From Bacteroidota bacterium (lineage in GTDB: Bacteria > Bacteroidota > Ignavibacteria > Ch128b), in NCBI GenBank assembly GCA_018828505.1, contig JAHJVF010000028.1, positions 1 through 40,805 of the forward strand: a stretch of 40,805 bases of DNA, written 5' to 3'. Of the stretch, positions 9,127-17,940 are shown piece by piece; within the stretch, counting starts at the first letter, position 1, and each line of letters opens with the position of its first letter. Under the pieces are notes generated by a model. That model saw only the letters and a list, made by a program, of their open reading frames with translations. It did not search any database and was not told where the DNA came from. Position numbers and translations under genes: made by a program.

Positions 9127-9989
9127 TGATACCACAATTAAATTTTGTCAAAGCAAATACGGTTCTCTCTGCCATTAAACTTCTCTCATCAGATAAGAAT
9201 GCACGATTGATTGCAGGCGGAACGGATGTAATTCCGGGATTTCAAATCGAGTCGAAAAGATTTAAAGATGTCAAGCTCTTGATCGACATCAACTCGATAA
9301 AAGAATTAAAAACAATTAAACGATTTAAAGACAGAATTGAAATCGGTTCAGCAGTCACTTTTTCTGAATTGATAACGAGTAATATCATCCAATCAGAATT
9401 TCCTCTCCTAGTGAATGCTGCATCGACTGTCGGAAGTGTGCAAATAAGAAATCTCGCTACTCTTGCCGGAAATTTTATCAACAATGCATCCTGTGCGGAT
9501 AGCGTTCCACCGCTTCTGGTTTACAATGCCCGAATAGAAATTCGCTCATTAAAAGAGACGCGACAAATTTCACTTGAAAAGTTTCTTCTCGAACCGTACA
9601 GAACTAAATTGAAAAAGAACGAGATCGTAACGAAGGTCGTTCTTCCGTTAACCAACAAAAATGTTAAGGGAGATTTTTATAAGCTTGGCAGAAGAAGAGC
9701 GGTCGCAATCAGCAGAATTTCACTTGCAGTTTTAGTTGAATTAGATAACTCGATTATCAAAGATATTCGAATTGCAAGCGGGGCAGTTACACCGATCGGA
9801 GTTCGATTTTATGATCTTGAAAAATTTGCTATTGGAGAAAAAGTTGATTCTGATTTCTTAAAAAAACTTTCAATCGAACTTGGAAAAACAATTTTGAAAG
9901 TTACCGGATTGAGATGGTCCTCCCCATATAAATTACCGGTTGTCCAGCAGATGTTCTATCAGCTTTTAGAGAAGGTGTGCAATGAGTAA
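9126..9989 (+). CDS. FAD-binding subunit of a molybdenum hydroxylase (CO dehydrogenase flavoprotein / XdhB / YgfM-like)
   Basis: LIAGGTDVIPG and RNLATLAGNF motifs. The ATG overlaps the stop of the Mo subunit (TGATG). Confidence 0.85.
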   Translation: MIPQLNFVKANTVLSAIKLLSSDKNARLIAGGTDVIPGFQIESKRFKDVKLLIDINSIKELKTIKRFKDRIEIGSAVTFSELITSNIIQSEFPLLVNAASTVGSVQIRNLATLAGNFINNASCADSVPPLLVYNARIEIRSLKETRQISLEKFLLEPYRTKLKKNEIVTKVVLPLTNKNVKGDFYKLGRRRAVAISRISLAVLVELDNSIIKDIRIASGAVTPIGVRFYDLEKFAIGEKVDSDFLKKLSIELGKTILKVTGLRWSSPYKLPVVQQMFYQLLEKVCNE

Positions 9990-10461
9990 AATAGTGAAGA
10001 TGAAAAAAGTTAAGATCAAATTTTATTTGAACGGGGAAGAATTTTCTCTCGTGACAGAACCAAATCGAAGATTAATTGATCTGTTAAGGGAAGATTTAGG
10101 GTTGACCGGGACAAAAGAAGGATGTGCAATTGGCGAATGTGGTGCCTGCACTGTTATAATTGATGGTAAGACAGCAAATTCTTGCCTTGTGATTGCAGGG
10201 CAAGTCGATGGTTGTAAGATAATGACGATCGAGGGAATTGTCACGAATGGAAAATTACATCCACTACAGGAAAATTTTCTGAAGTACGGAGCGATTCAAT
10301 GTGGTTTCTGCACACCGGGAATGGTTTTGTCCTCTTATGCTTTACTACAGGAGAATTCTCACCCCACGGAAGATGAAATTAAAGAAGCAATTGCAGGCAA
10401 TCTTTGCCGCTGTACAGGTTATAAGCAAATCATTGAAGCTGTACGGAAATCAATTCGTTGA
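9982..10461 (+). CDS. [2Fe-2S]-binding small subunit of a molybdenum hydroxylase
   Basis: GCAIGECGACTV, QCGFCTPGM and NLCRCTGY cysteine motifs. Overlaps the upstream gene by 8 nt. Confidence 0.9.
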   Translation: MSKIVKMKKVKIKFYLNGEEFSLVTEPNRRLIDLLREDLGLTGTKEGCAIGECGACTVIIDGKTANSCLVIAGQVDGCKIMTIEGIVTNGKLHPLQENFLKYGAIQCGFCTPGMVLSSYALLQENSHPTEDEIKEAIAGNLCRCTGYKQIIEAVRKSIR

Positions 10462-10510
10462 ATTAGTAAAATTAATAGTGTATTTCGAAAAATAATTTAA
10501 GAGGTATCAG

Positions 10511-10765
10511 ATGAAAATCCTCGGCACATTTCTTCTGTTTCTTGGCATTGCGTGGTTTATTTTTGGATTCACAATGAAAAGTACAATTAAGACAACAGAG
10601 CAGGAGTTTATCGGGATCACTTATGGCGGTTCCGAAGTCCATAATATCGGACTCTTGAACGAAAAACAGAATATGGTAATAATCTCTGGATCCATCTTTC
10701 TAGCCAGTGCTGTATTCTCCGCAGCAAGTTTTATGGTGGAAGAGATGAAGAAAAAAGGCGAATAG
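10511..10765 (+). CDS. Small membrane protein, unknown function
   Basis: 84 aa with two hydrophobic segments. AGAGG lies 7 nt upstream of the ATG. Confidence 0.5.
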   Translation: MKILGTFLLFLGIAWFIFGFTMKSTIKTTEQEFIGITYGGSEVHNIGLLNEKQNMVIISGSIFLASAVFSAASFMVEEMKKKGE

Positions 10766-10870
10766 GAAGGCAATGAGATTCCGCTTGATATTAAATAGAC
10801 AATTTTTAAGATTATAGCGCGAAGCTTGTGAGATAGTAACAGAAAAACAATATAAATTTCTCTAACATTT

Positions 10871-11725
10871 ATGAATCAATTTGATCAATCTGTAAAAGAT
10901 ATTTTAGATCAAAGGCTTCTTACTCTTGAACAAACATTTAATTCAGATGTCATATTCTTCTATGGCATAATTTCTCCTGGAATCATCAAAATATTTAGAG
11001 ATTTTATTGAGAAATTAAAGAGCGATGATACTAAAAGAGAGCATATTACAATATTTCTCAATACTCCTGGTGGAAGTGTTGAAACAGTTGAAAAGTTAGT
11101 AAATATTATTAGGCATCACTATCAATTTGTTTATTTTGTTGTGCCTGATTTTGCTATGTCGGCTGGTACAATATTTTGTATGGCTGGTGATAATATTTAT
11201 ATGGATTATTCTTCATCACTAGGACCTATTGATCCGCAGATCTTTAATGGTAAAGAATGGGTACCAGCTCAAGGCTATTTAGATCAATATCAAAAATTAA
11301 TTGACAAAGCAAATAATAATCAGTTAACTAACGCTGAATTTCTAATTCTGCAATCCCAAGATCTTGCAAAGCTGAATGTATGCGAACAAGCAAAGGAACT
11401 TACTATAACTTTATTAAAAAAGTGGTTAGTTGAATATAAGTTCAAAAACTGGTTAAAACATAAAGATGGGCGTCCCGTAACTCCAGATGAAAAAACTAAG
11501 AAAGCGGAAGAAGTTGCTAGAATATTAGGCGATAACAAATTATGGCATACACATTCTAGAATGATTGGTTTAGACGATATAGATAAAACATTGAAACTAC
11601 GAATCGAAAATTATTCTAAAGATATTCCTTTACAAAAGAAAATCCGTGAGTATAATGATTTAATGACTGAATTTATTGCCCGTCGTGGGTATACATTATT
11701 CCTTCACAGCAGAAATTATTTTTAG
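10871..11725 (+). CDS. SDH-family Clp-fold serine proteinase (ClpP/SppA-like fold, Pfam SDH_sah type)
   Basis: FLNTPGGSVETVEKLVNIIR, PDFAMSAGTIFCMAGDNIYM and LGPIDPQ match the Clp-fold serine protease core. Confidence 0.7.
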   Translation: MNQFDQSVKDILDQRLLTLEQTFNSDVIFFYGIISPGIIKIFRDFIEKLKSDDTKREHITIFLNTPGGSVETVEKLVNIIRHHYQFVYFVVPDFAMSAGTIFCMAGDNIYMDYSSSLGPIDPQIFNGKEWVPAQGYLDQYQKLIDKANNNQLTNAEFLILQSQDLAKLNVCEQAKELTITLLKKWLVEYKFKNWLKHKDGRPVTPDEKTKKAEEVARILGDNKLWHTHSRMIGLDDIDKTLKLRIENYSKDIPLQKKIREYNDLMTEFIARRGYTLFLHSRNYF

Positions 11726-11734
11726 GAGGTAATC

Positions 11735-11950
11735 ATGAGCATTGTTGATAGTATCAACGAAATCATAAATGAAAAATTAAGCAAGTTTGAGAATGAAGAA
11801 TCTTATATTGAATTGTCCGAATTTTACAGTCAACTCAAAGATAGAGGAGCCATCCTCAAACAAGAATTCAATCTCCCTGCAATTGACACAATTGGGAGAA
11901 CGCTCTTTCAAGAGAAAACTCGTCCATTCAAAGAATACATTGAATATTAG
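11735..11950 (+). CDS. Small acidic hypothetical protein coupled to the SDH-family protease
   Basis: 71 aa with a strong AGGAGG 6 nt upstream. Starts 9 nt after the protease stop. Confidence 0.55.
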   Translation: MSIVDSINEIINEKLSKFENEESYIELSEFYSQLKDRGAILKQEFNLPAIDTIGRTLFQEKTRPFKEYIEY

Positions 11951-12053
11951 TACAAAAAATTAAAAGTAATATTCTCATAATCTCGCCAATAATCAGTTTA
12001 ATTTTCAAATTTCTACTCTGCAGAAAAAGTATCTTTAAATGATACTGATTTTC

Positions 12054-12093
12054 TGTTCTCCTTGATTATGTTATATTCAAAAAAAGGAGAACA
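12054..12093 (+). promoter_or_regulatory. Hairpin whose 3' arm contains the Shine-Dalgarno sequence of the small ORF at 12097
   Basis: Perfect 10-bp arms TGTTCTCCTT (12054-12063) and AAGGAGAACA (12084-12093). Confidence 0.4.
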
Positions 12094-12096
12094 ATC

Positions 12097-12249
12097 ATGG
12101 GTGCTACACATAAAGAAACAACAACTGAAATAATTCCTGTTGTATTTAATGCACCTTCCCCCTTTTTCCTATTAAGTTTCTTTTTTGTATACGAAGAACC
12201 ACGAAGAGAAATTTCAAAAAACCGCGAAAAAATTATCACATACTCCTGA
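12097..12249 (+). CDS. Possible 50-aa small ORF (MGATHKETTTEIIPVVFNAPSPFFLLSFFFVY...)
   Basis: ATG preceded by AAGGAG, with a hydrophobic centre. Not in the ORF track because it is under 60 aa. No homology recognised. Confidence 0.25.
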   Translation: MGATHKETTTEIIPVVFNAPSPFFLLSFFFVYEEPRREISKNREKIITYS

Positions 12250-12269
12250 GTCTAAATCATACAACTGAT

Positions 12270-15200
12270 TTAGAATAGATAGGGATGCTCTTTGACTACC
12301 TTTTTTACTAATGAGTGCAATTTATTATAATCAACCGAATCAATATCATTATTGAGAGATAAAGAAATGGATCCGTCAAGTAAGTGGGTCGTAAGCAAAC
12401 CGATTTTTGATTCAAATCTAACTTTAAATGTGCGAGAATTATTTTTAGTGAAACTTAAGTACAATCCATCATTACTGCTTTTCTCAAATTCCTCTTTACT
12501 CCAAAACAGAGTAAACTTATCTTTATAGGGCGATCCTTGATGCGGACAAAAAGTTTCGCAATTTCCGCACTCGTTGCACATACCATCGATATGCAGAATT
12601 TGAAATTTGTCTTTGAAATTACCATTAACTGTGATCGCAATGTTAGCTCGATTCGGACAGACCTCGACACATTTATTACAAACTTGATCACAAGCAAGAC
12701 ACCGTGAAGCTTCAATATTTAAATCGCTTATGTTTTGTAGAGTGATATTTCCTTTTTGAATTAGTGCATCTGTAATCCATGTTTGGTTGTTGATCTGGAT
12801 CGATTCAAACTTATTAGATTGAATTTCAATCCCTTCTTTTTTCAAAATTGCTTCGGCAGCTTTCTTTCCATCGGCGATTGATTCAACAACTGTCGACGGT
12901 CCGCGATATGCATCTCCCCCGATATAAACATTTTCAATTGAAGTTTCATTTGTCTTTCGGTTAATAACGATATTCTTTCTCTCGTCAATCGCAATTTCAT
13001 TTTTTATCAAAAAAGCGTAATCAACTTCTTCACCGATTGCAGTAATCACTGAATCGATTTCGATTTCTTCATACTCATCGACTATTGGTATAACTTTCCT
13101 CCTGCTGTTTTCATCAAAATCGCCAAGCTGCATTTTCTGACATTTTAGATTCTTATCATTGAATTCTACTGGGAGAAGCAATTCTTTGAAAACTACACCA
13201 TCGGAGAGAGCAGCAACGAATTCTTCTTTATCGGCGGGCATAAATTCTTTTGTTCGGCGATAAATTATAAAAACTTTTTCTACATTATCGCATCGTAAGG
13301 CTGCACGAGCACCATCCATCGCTGAATTTCCTCCGCCGATTACAGCGACATGTTTACCGAGTACAAGCTTTTCACCGCGATTGAATTTTTGTAAAATATC
13401 TATTGCATTGAAAATATTCTCACTGCCACCGCTAAGCTTGAACTCTTTTGACTTGCCTGCCCCGATTGCAATGTAAATGTAATTAAATCCCTCATCTTTC
13501 AATTTCTGAATTGAAGAATTTTCATTAAAACCGAAAACAAAATCCACTCCGAAAGTTTTTATAAGGTCAATGTCTTTATCGATTATCTCTTGAGGAATTC
13601 GAAAGCCGGGAATTGAATGCCGCACAACACCTCCAGCTTTTTTTGTCTTTTCAAAAATTGTAACATTCATTCCGGCTCTTGCAAGAAAATACGCTGCTGA
13701 TAAACCTGAAGGTCCGCCACCAATTATCCCAACCTTACTTTTAATTTTTAAATCTTTTGATCTTTCAATCCTTGAATTGATAAAGTCGTCGTAAGCCCTT
13801 TCTGCGGCTTCTCTTTTCAAATCTCGAATTAACAAAGGATCATCATAATCCCAGCGAGTGCATTTATACATACATTGATGATCACAGATATAACCTGTGA
13901 TATGCGGCAGAGGATTTTTGTCGATGATTGTTTCAAATGCATCGTCATATCTTTTTTCTTCGATTAGTCTGATGTAATTGGATACGTCTTGATGTATTGG
14001 ACATGCAACTTCGCATGGGGCAACATAACAATCGAATTTCTCGAGCTTACTCGGGATCTTCAATGATTTTGTTTCACGTTTTTCTTTCCGGTAAGAATTA
14101 TCTTCGATGGATTTCTCTGAAAGGGATTTTAGTTTTGATAGATTGATCTTTCTTGTCTGCAACGAATATAAATTTGAATCTTCAAATCTTTCCGCGATCT
14201 GATGAAGGCGTTCATATCCGCCTGGTTTGAGTAGATCTGTAACCAATGTTATCGGATAAATTCCGGTTTCGAAAATATTAAGCGAGTTATGAACCGTTGC
14301 ACCTCCTGAAAAAGAAATACTCAAATCACCGTTAAACTCGGATGCAAGCCTATAAGCAAGATTGATCGTGAGAGGGAAAAGCGAACGTCCCGACATGTAC
14401 ATTTCATTGCCTGGAAGTTTCTTTAAAGTATTATTTACTCCAAGTGTATTCGACAACTTCACACCGAATTCCTTTTGATATTTTTTCGCGAAATCTTTCA
14501 GCCGCTGAATCATCGGGATCGCATCTTTGTATTGTAAGTCATGCTCGAATGATTTCTTTTCAAGCTTAATGTATTTGTAACCGAGCTTGTGTAAGAGGTC
14601 ATTTACATAATCAAAACCAAGAAGAGTGGGATTTAGTTTAATGTAAGTATGCAGGTTTTTTTCTTTGATCAAATATTTTGCGATTGATTCAATGTCCTGG
14701 GGCGGACAGCCATGCATAGTCGAAAGAGTTACCGAGTTTGAAATGTTTGGAGAAATATCCTCTATTTTACTTTTTAGCTGTGAGATATCAAAAGCATTCA
14801 ATAGTGAATTAAGTCGCACCACATTTTCTAAATTATCAATTAACCAATTTTTGTATTTTTGGAAAGAGATAGAATTCTTTGCATCAATCAAATTATCAAT
14901 AAACTTATCCATCCGTTCGGTCTTGATCCCCTCAAGATCATAACCGACACTCATGTTGAAAATAAATCCTCTTTCAGAATTTTTCGATAAACCTAAAACC
15001 TCCTTTAACAAATGAAGTAAAACCCACGACTTAAGATATTCATCAAAAGATTCTTCAAGAGAAAGTTCCTGCGACCACTCAACATTATAACCCTCATCCT
15101 CAGCATCAATGCAAGGTTTTTCGATTCCCAAATTATCCAGCTTTTGCACAGTTTTGAGTTCCATGAACCTTCCACCAACGAGATACGAGACGATTATATT

Positions 15201-15401
15201 TTGAGCAAGTTGAGTGTGAGGTCCGGCGGCTGGTCCTAATGGGTATTCTAACTTCTCATCAAAGATCTCGAGAGAGGCCGGATTTTCCTTTTTTAAAAAT
15301 TTTGTTGAAGGAATTCCGAATATCTGGTCGTGTTCCCTTAATTCAGTAAACATCCAATTAAATATTTTCTCAAATGAAATCGTTTTCATTCTTTGAGCCA
15401 T
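12270..15401 (-). CDS. ygfK: YgfK-type putative selenate reductase / oxidoreductase subunit (DPD-like TIM barrel + FAD/NAD(P) GltD-like domain + 4Fe-4S clusters)
   Basis: 1043 aa. GIIGGGPSGLSAAYFLARAG and VIGGGNSAMDGARAA dinucleotide folds, plus C-terminal CxxCxxCxxxCP ferredoxin motifs. GAGGA lies upstream of the ATG. Confidence 0.85.
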   Translation of the reverse strand: MAQRMKTISFEKIFNWMFTELREHDQIFGIPSTKFLKKENPASLEIFDEKLEYPLGPAAGPHTQLAQNIIVSYLVGGRFMELKTVQKLDNLGIEKPCIDAEDEGYNVEWSQELSLEESFDEYLKSWVLLHLLKEVLGLSKNSERGFIFNMSVGYDLEGIKTERMDKFIDNLIDAKNSISFQKYKNWLIDNLENVVRLNSLLNAFDISQLKSKIEDISPNISNSVTLSTMHGCPPQDIESIAKYLIKEKNLHTYIKLNPTLLGFDYVNDLLHKLGYKYIKLEKKSFEHDLQYKDAIPMIQRLKDFAKKYQKEFGVKLSNTLGVNNTLKKLPGNEMYMSGRSLFPLTINLAYRLASEFNGDLSISFSGGATVHNSLNIFETGIYPITLVTDLLKPGGYERLHQIAERFEDSNLYSLQTRKINLSKLKSLSEKSIEDNSYRKEKRETKSLKIPSKLEKFDCYVAPCEVACPIHQDVSNYIRLIEEKRYDDAFETIIDKNPLPHITGYICDHQCMYKCTRWDYDDPLLIRDLKREAAERAYDDFINSRIERSKDLKIKSKVGIIGGGPSGLSAAYFLARAGMNVTIFEKTKKAGGVVRHSIPGFRIPQEIIDKDIDLIKTFGVDFVFGFNENSSIQKLKDEGFNYIYIAIGAGKSKEFKLSGGSENIFNAIDILQKFNRGEKLVLGKHVAVIGGGNSAMDGARAALRCDNVEKVFIIYRRTKEFMPADKEEFVAALSDGVVFKELLLPVEFNDKNLKCQKMQLGDFDENSRRKVIPIVDEYEEIEIDSVITAIGEEVDYAFLIKNEIAIDERKNIVINRKTNETSIENVYIGGDAYRGPSTVVESIADGKKAAEAILKKEGIEIQSNKFESIQINNQTWITDALIQKGNITLQNISDLNIEASRCLACDQVCNKCVEVCPNRANIAITVNGNFKDKFQILHIDGMCNECGNCETFCPHQGSPYKDKFTLFWSKEEFEKSSNDGLYLSFTKNNSRTFKVRFESKIGLLTTHLLDGSISLSLNNDIDSVDYNKLHSLVKKVVKEHPYLF

Positions 15402-15525
15402 TTAGTCCTCATCCGATTTGATTGTGCTATGATCATCAATTATTGATTAAAAGTTTTTCTTAGTAAATTTAAATAAAATTTATGTTTGATTACCTACAAT
15501 TGTAATTAATAATTCAGAGGACCTA

Positions 15526-16710
15526 ATGACGACCGCTAATCAAATTCTTGAAAAAGCTCAATTCTTTCGAGATTACACTGCTCAAAATCTTTCCAGATTA
15601 GTTCAAATAAAATCACTGAGCTGCAAGGAAAAAGATGTTGTCAATGAAATTAAGCGGATGATGGAAGAGGCAAGTTTTGACGAAGTTAAAATTGATGGAC
15701 TGGGCAATGTTATCGGGCGAATCGGGAATGGTAAGAAAATTATTGCCATTGATGGTCATGTTGATACAGTCGATAGCGGAAATCTTGAAAATTGGGAACT
15801 TGAACCTCTCTCAGGAAAAATCGATTCTGAGTTTGTTCACGGAAGGGGAACAGTAGATCAAAAAGGGGGAATTGCATCATTTATAACCGCAGGGAGAATC
15901 CTGAAAGAACTCGGACTGCAGAATGATGTTACAATTTATTTCGTTGGTTCAGTGATCGAAGAGGATTGCGATGGACTTTGCTGGAAATATATAATTGAAG
16001 AGAGCAAAATAAAACCTGACTCTGTTATCATAACCGAACCAACAAACATGAATATTTACCGAGGTCAGCGTGGAAGAATGGAAATGACGGTTTCTTTTTA
16101 CGGAGTATCATCCCATGGTTCTGCGCCCGAGAGAGGAAAGAATGCGATTTACATGGCTTCACGTGCCTCACTTGAAATTGAAAAGTTGAATGAACGATTG
16201 GCTCACGATAATTTTTTAGGAAAAGGCAGCGTAACGATTTCGGAAATTATATCCGAAAGTCCATCACTATGTGCTGTTGCCGACTTTGCCCGAATTCATC
16301 TCGATAGAAGGTTGACAGTCGGTGAAGATATTGAATTAGCTGTTAATCAGATCAAAGAAATCGTTAAAAATGAAAATGCAAAAGTTGAAGTGCTTGAATA
16401 CAAAGAAAAATCTTTTACCGGGCTTGAGTACGGAATGGAAAAGTATTATCCGACCTGGGTGATTGATGAAAACCATCCTGCGATCAAAACAGGTGCAAAA
16501 GTCTACGAAGATTTATTTAAGAGTAAACCTTTTATCGATAAATGGACATTCTCGACTAATGGTGTTGTAATAAATGGTATTTACAAAATTCCTGTCATTG
16601 GTTTCGGGCCTGGTAACGAAGTCTTGGCTCATGCTCCCAATGAAAAAGTCCCGATTGATCATTTAGTAAAAGCAAGTTCATTTTATGCAATGTATTGTCA
16701 AAGTTTTTGA
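15526..16710 (+). CDS. ygeY: YgeY-family M20 peptidase/deacylase (selenium metabolism-linked hydrolase)
   Basis: 394 aa. GHVDTV, GRGTVDQKGG and IEEDCDG are typical M20/ArgE/DapE metal-ligand contexts. Sits next to ygeW and ygfK. Confidence 0.8.
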   Translation: MTTANQILEKAQFFRDYTAQNLSRLVQIKSLSCKEKDVVNEIKRMMEEASFDEVKIDGLGNVIGRIGNGKKIIAIDGHVDTVDSGNLENWELEPLSGKIDSEFVHGRGTVDQKGGIASFITAGRILKELGLQNDVTIYFVGSVIEEDCDGLCWKYIIEESKIKPDSVIITEPTNMNIYRGQRGRMEMTVSFYGVSSHGSAPERGKNAIYMASRASLEIEKLNERLAHDNFLGKGSVTISEIISESPSLCAVADFARIHLDRRLTVGEDIELAVNQIKEIVKNENAKVEVLEYKEKSFTGLEYGMEKYYPTWVIDENHPAIKTGAKVYEDLFKSKPFIDKWTFSTNGVVINGIYKIPVIGFGPGNEVLAHAPNEKVPIDHLVKASSFYAMYCQSF

Positions 16711-16856
16711 TATCAGCGTTAATTATTTGGATAAAAATAGAACACTGATGACACAGATTAGACGGAGTTTCACAGATAAGATCAACGGAAATCTGTTGTA
16801 AATTAAATTATTAATTTTACTGAAATTATTTGAATAGTTAAAAATTAGGAGAAACT

Positions 16857-17867
16857 ATGAACCCCAACTTCAAAGGGAAACATTTTATAACAGAAGATAA
16901 TTGGACGAAAGATGAACTCGATATAGTTTTTGAAACGTCATTCGATCTAAAGAAAAAATTTTATAACGAAGAACCGCATCTCTATCTTCCGCACAAAACT
17001 TTATTTATGATATTTTTTGAACAGTCGACACGAACTCGTAACTCAATGGAAGCAGGAATGACACAGCTTGGCGGACATGCGCACGATTTAACACCCGACA
17101 AAATGCAAATTACTCACGGTGAAGTTGCAAAAGATACTGCAATCATTCTTTCAAGAATGGGACACGGCATCGCATGCAGAAATTGTTTTTATGGAATCGG
17201 AAATAAATATTTGAACGAAATGGCTGAGTATTCAAAGAAACCGGTTATGTCATTGCAAGATGATGTGTATCATCCGTTTCAAGGTCTTGCCGATCTCATG
17301 ACAATCTTTGAACATTTCGGAAGAAACACAAAGGGTTTGAAAGTTACTGTTTCATGGGCTTACGCTGATACTCACAGCAAACCGCTTTCAGTACCACAGA
17401 CGCAAATCCTACTTTTCCCGCGATATGGTATTGATGTTACAGTCGCTCACCCAAAAGAATTTCCATTGAGCAAAGGTATTATTGAAAAAGCTAAGAAGAA
17501 TACCGAAGCAGGCGGAGGAAGATTGAAGTTCACGAATAATATGGACGAAGCATTTGAAGGAGCTCAAATTGTTGTGCCAAAAAACTGGGGCGGATTCGGT
17601 TACTACGACGTTAATCATTATTTGAATAATGAAGACGAGTGTAAAAAAGAAATGAGATCAAATCTTGAAAAATATAAATCTTGGATTTGTGACGATCGAA
17701 TAATTAAACTTGCTGATAAAGGTGTAAAACTAATGCATGCACTTCCTGCAGATCGTAACAATGAAGTAACGGATGAGATTTTAGATAATCCTGATATATC
17801 GATTGTTTTCGACGAAGCCGAAAATCGTTTGCATACAGGTAAAGCGATAATGGCATTAACGATGTAA
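16857..17867 (+). CDS. ygeW: YgeW-type knotted carbamoyltransferase
   Basis: 336 aa. STRTRNS carbamoyl-phosphate motif, HPFQGLADL and HALPADR motifs. AGGAGA Shine-Dalgarno sequence. Confidence 0.85.
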   Translation: MNPNFKGKHFITEDNWTKDELDIVFETSFDLKKKFYNEEPHLYLPHKTLFMIFFEQSTRTRNSMEAGMTQLGGHAHDLTPDKMQITHGEVAKDTAIILSRMGHGIACRNCFYGIGNKYLNEMAEYSKKPVMSLQDDVYHPFQGLADLMTIFEHFGRNTKGLKVTVSWAYADTHSKPLSVPQTQILLFPRYGIDVTVAHPKEFPLSKGIIEKAKKNTEAGGGRLKFTNNMDEAFEGAQIVVPKNWGGFGYYDVNHYLNNEDECKKEMRSNLEKYKSWICDDRIIKLADKGVKLMHALPADRNNEVTDEILDNPDISIVFDEAENRLHTGKAIMALTM

Positions 17868-17873
17868 AAAATT

Positions 17874-17925
17874 GGGACACAGTTCATCATGAAAAATCAT
17901 GATCGATCATGTTAATCAGTGTCCC
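17874..17925. terminator. Intergenic hairpin between ygeW and the ThrC-like gene (GGGACAC ... GTGTCCC with internal ATCATG repeats)
   Basis: Inverted 7-bp GC-rich arms at 17874-17880 and 17919-17925. There is no clear T-run, so terminator function is uncertain. Confidence 0.4.
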
Positions 17926-17940
17926 ATTAATATTATGTAA

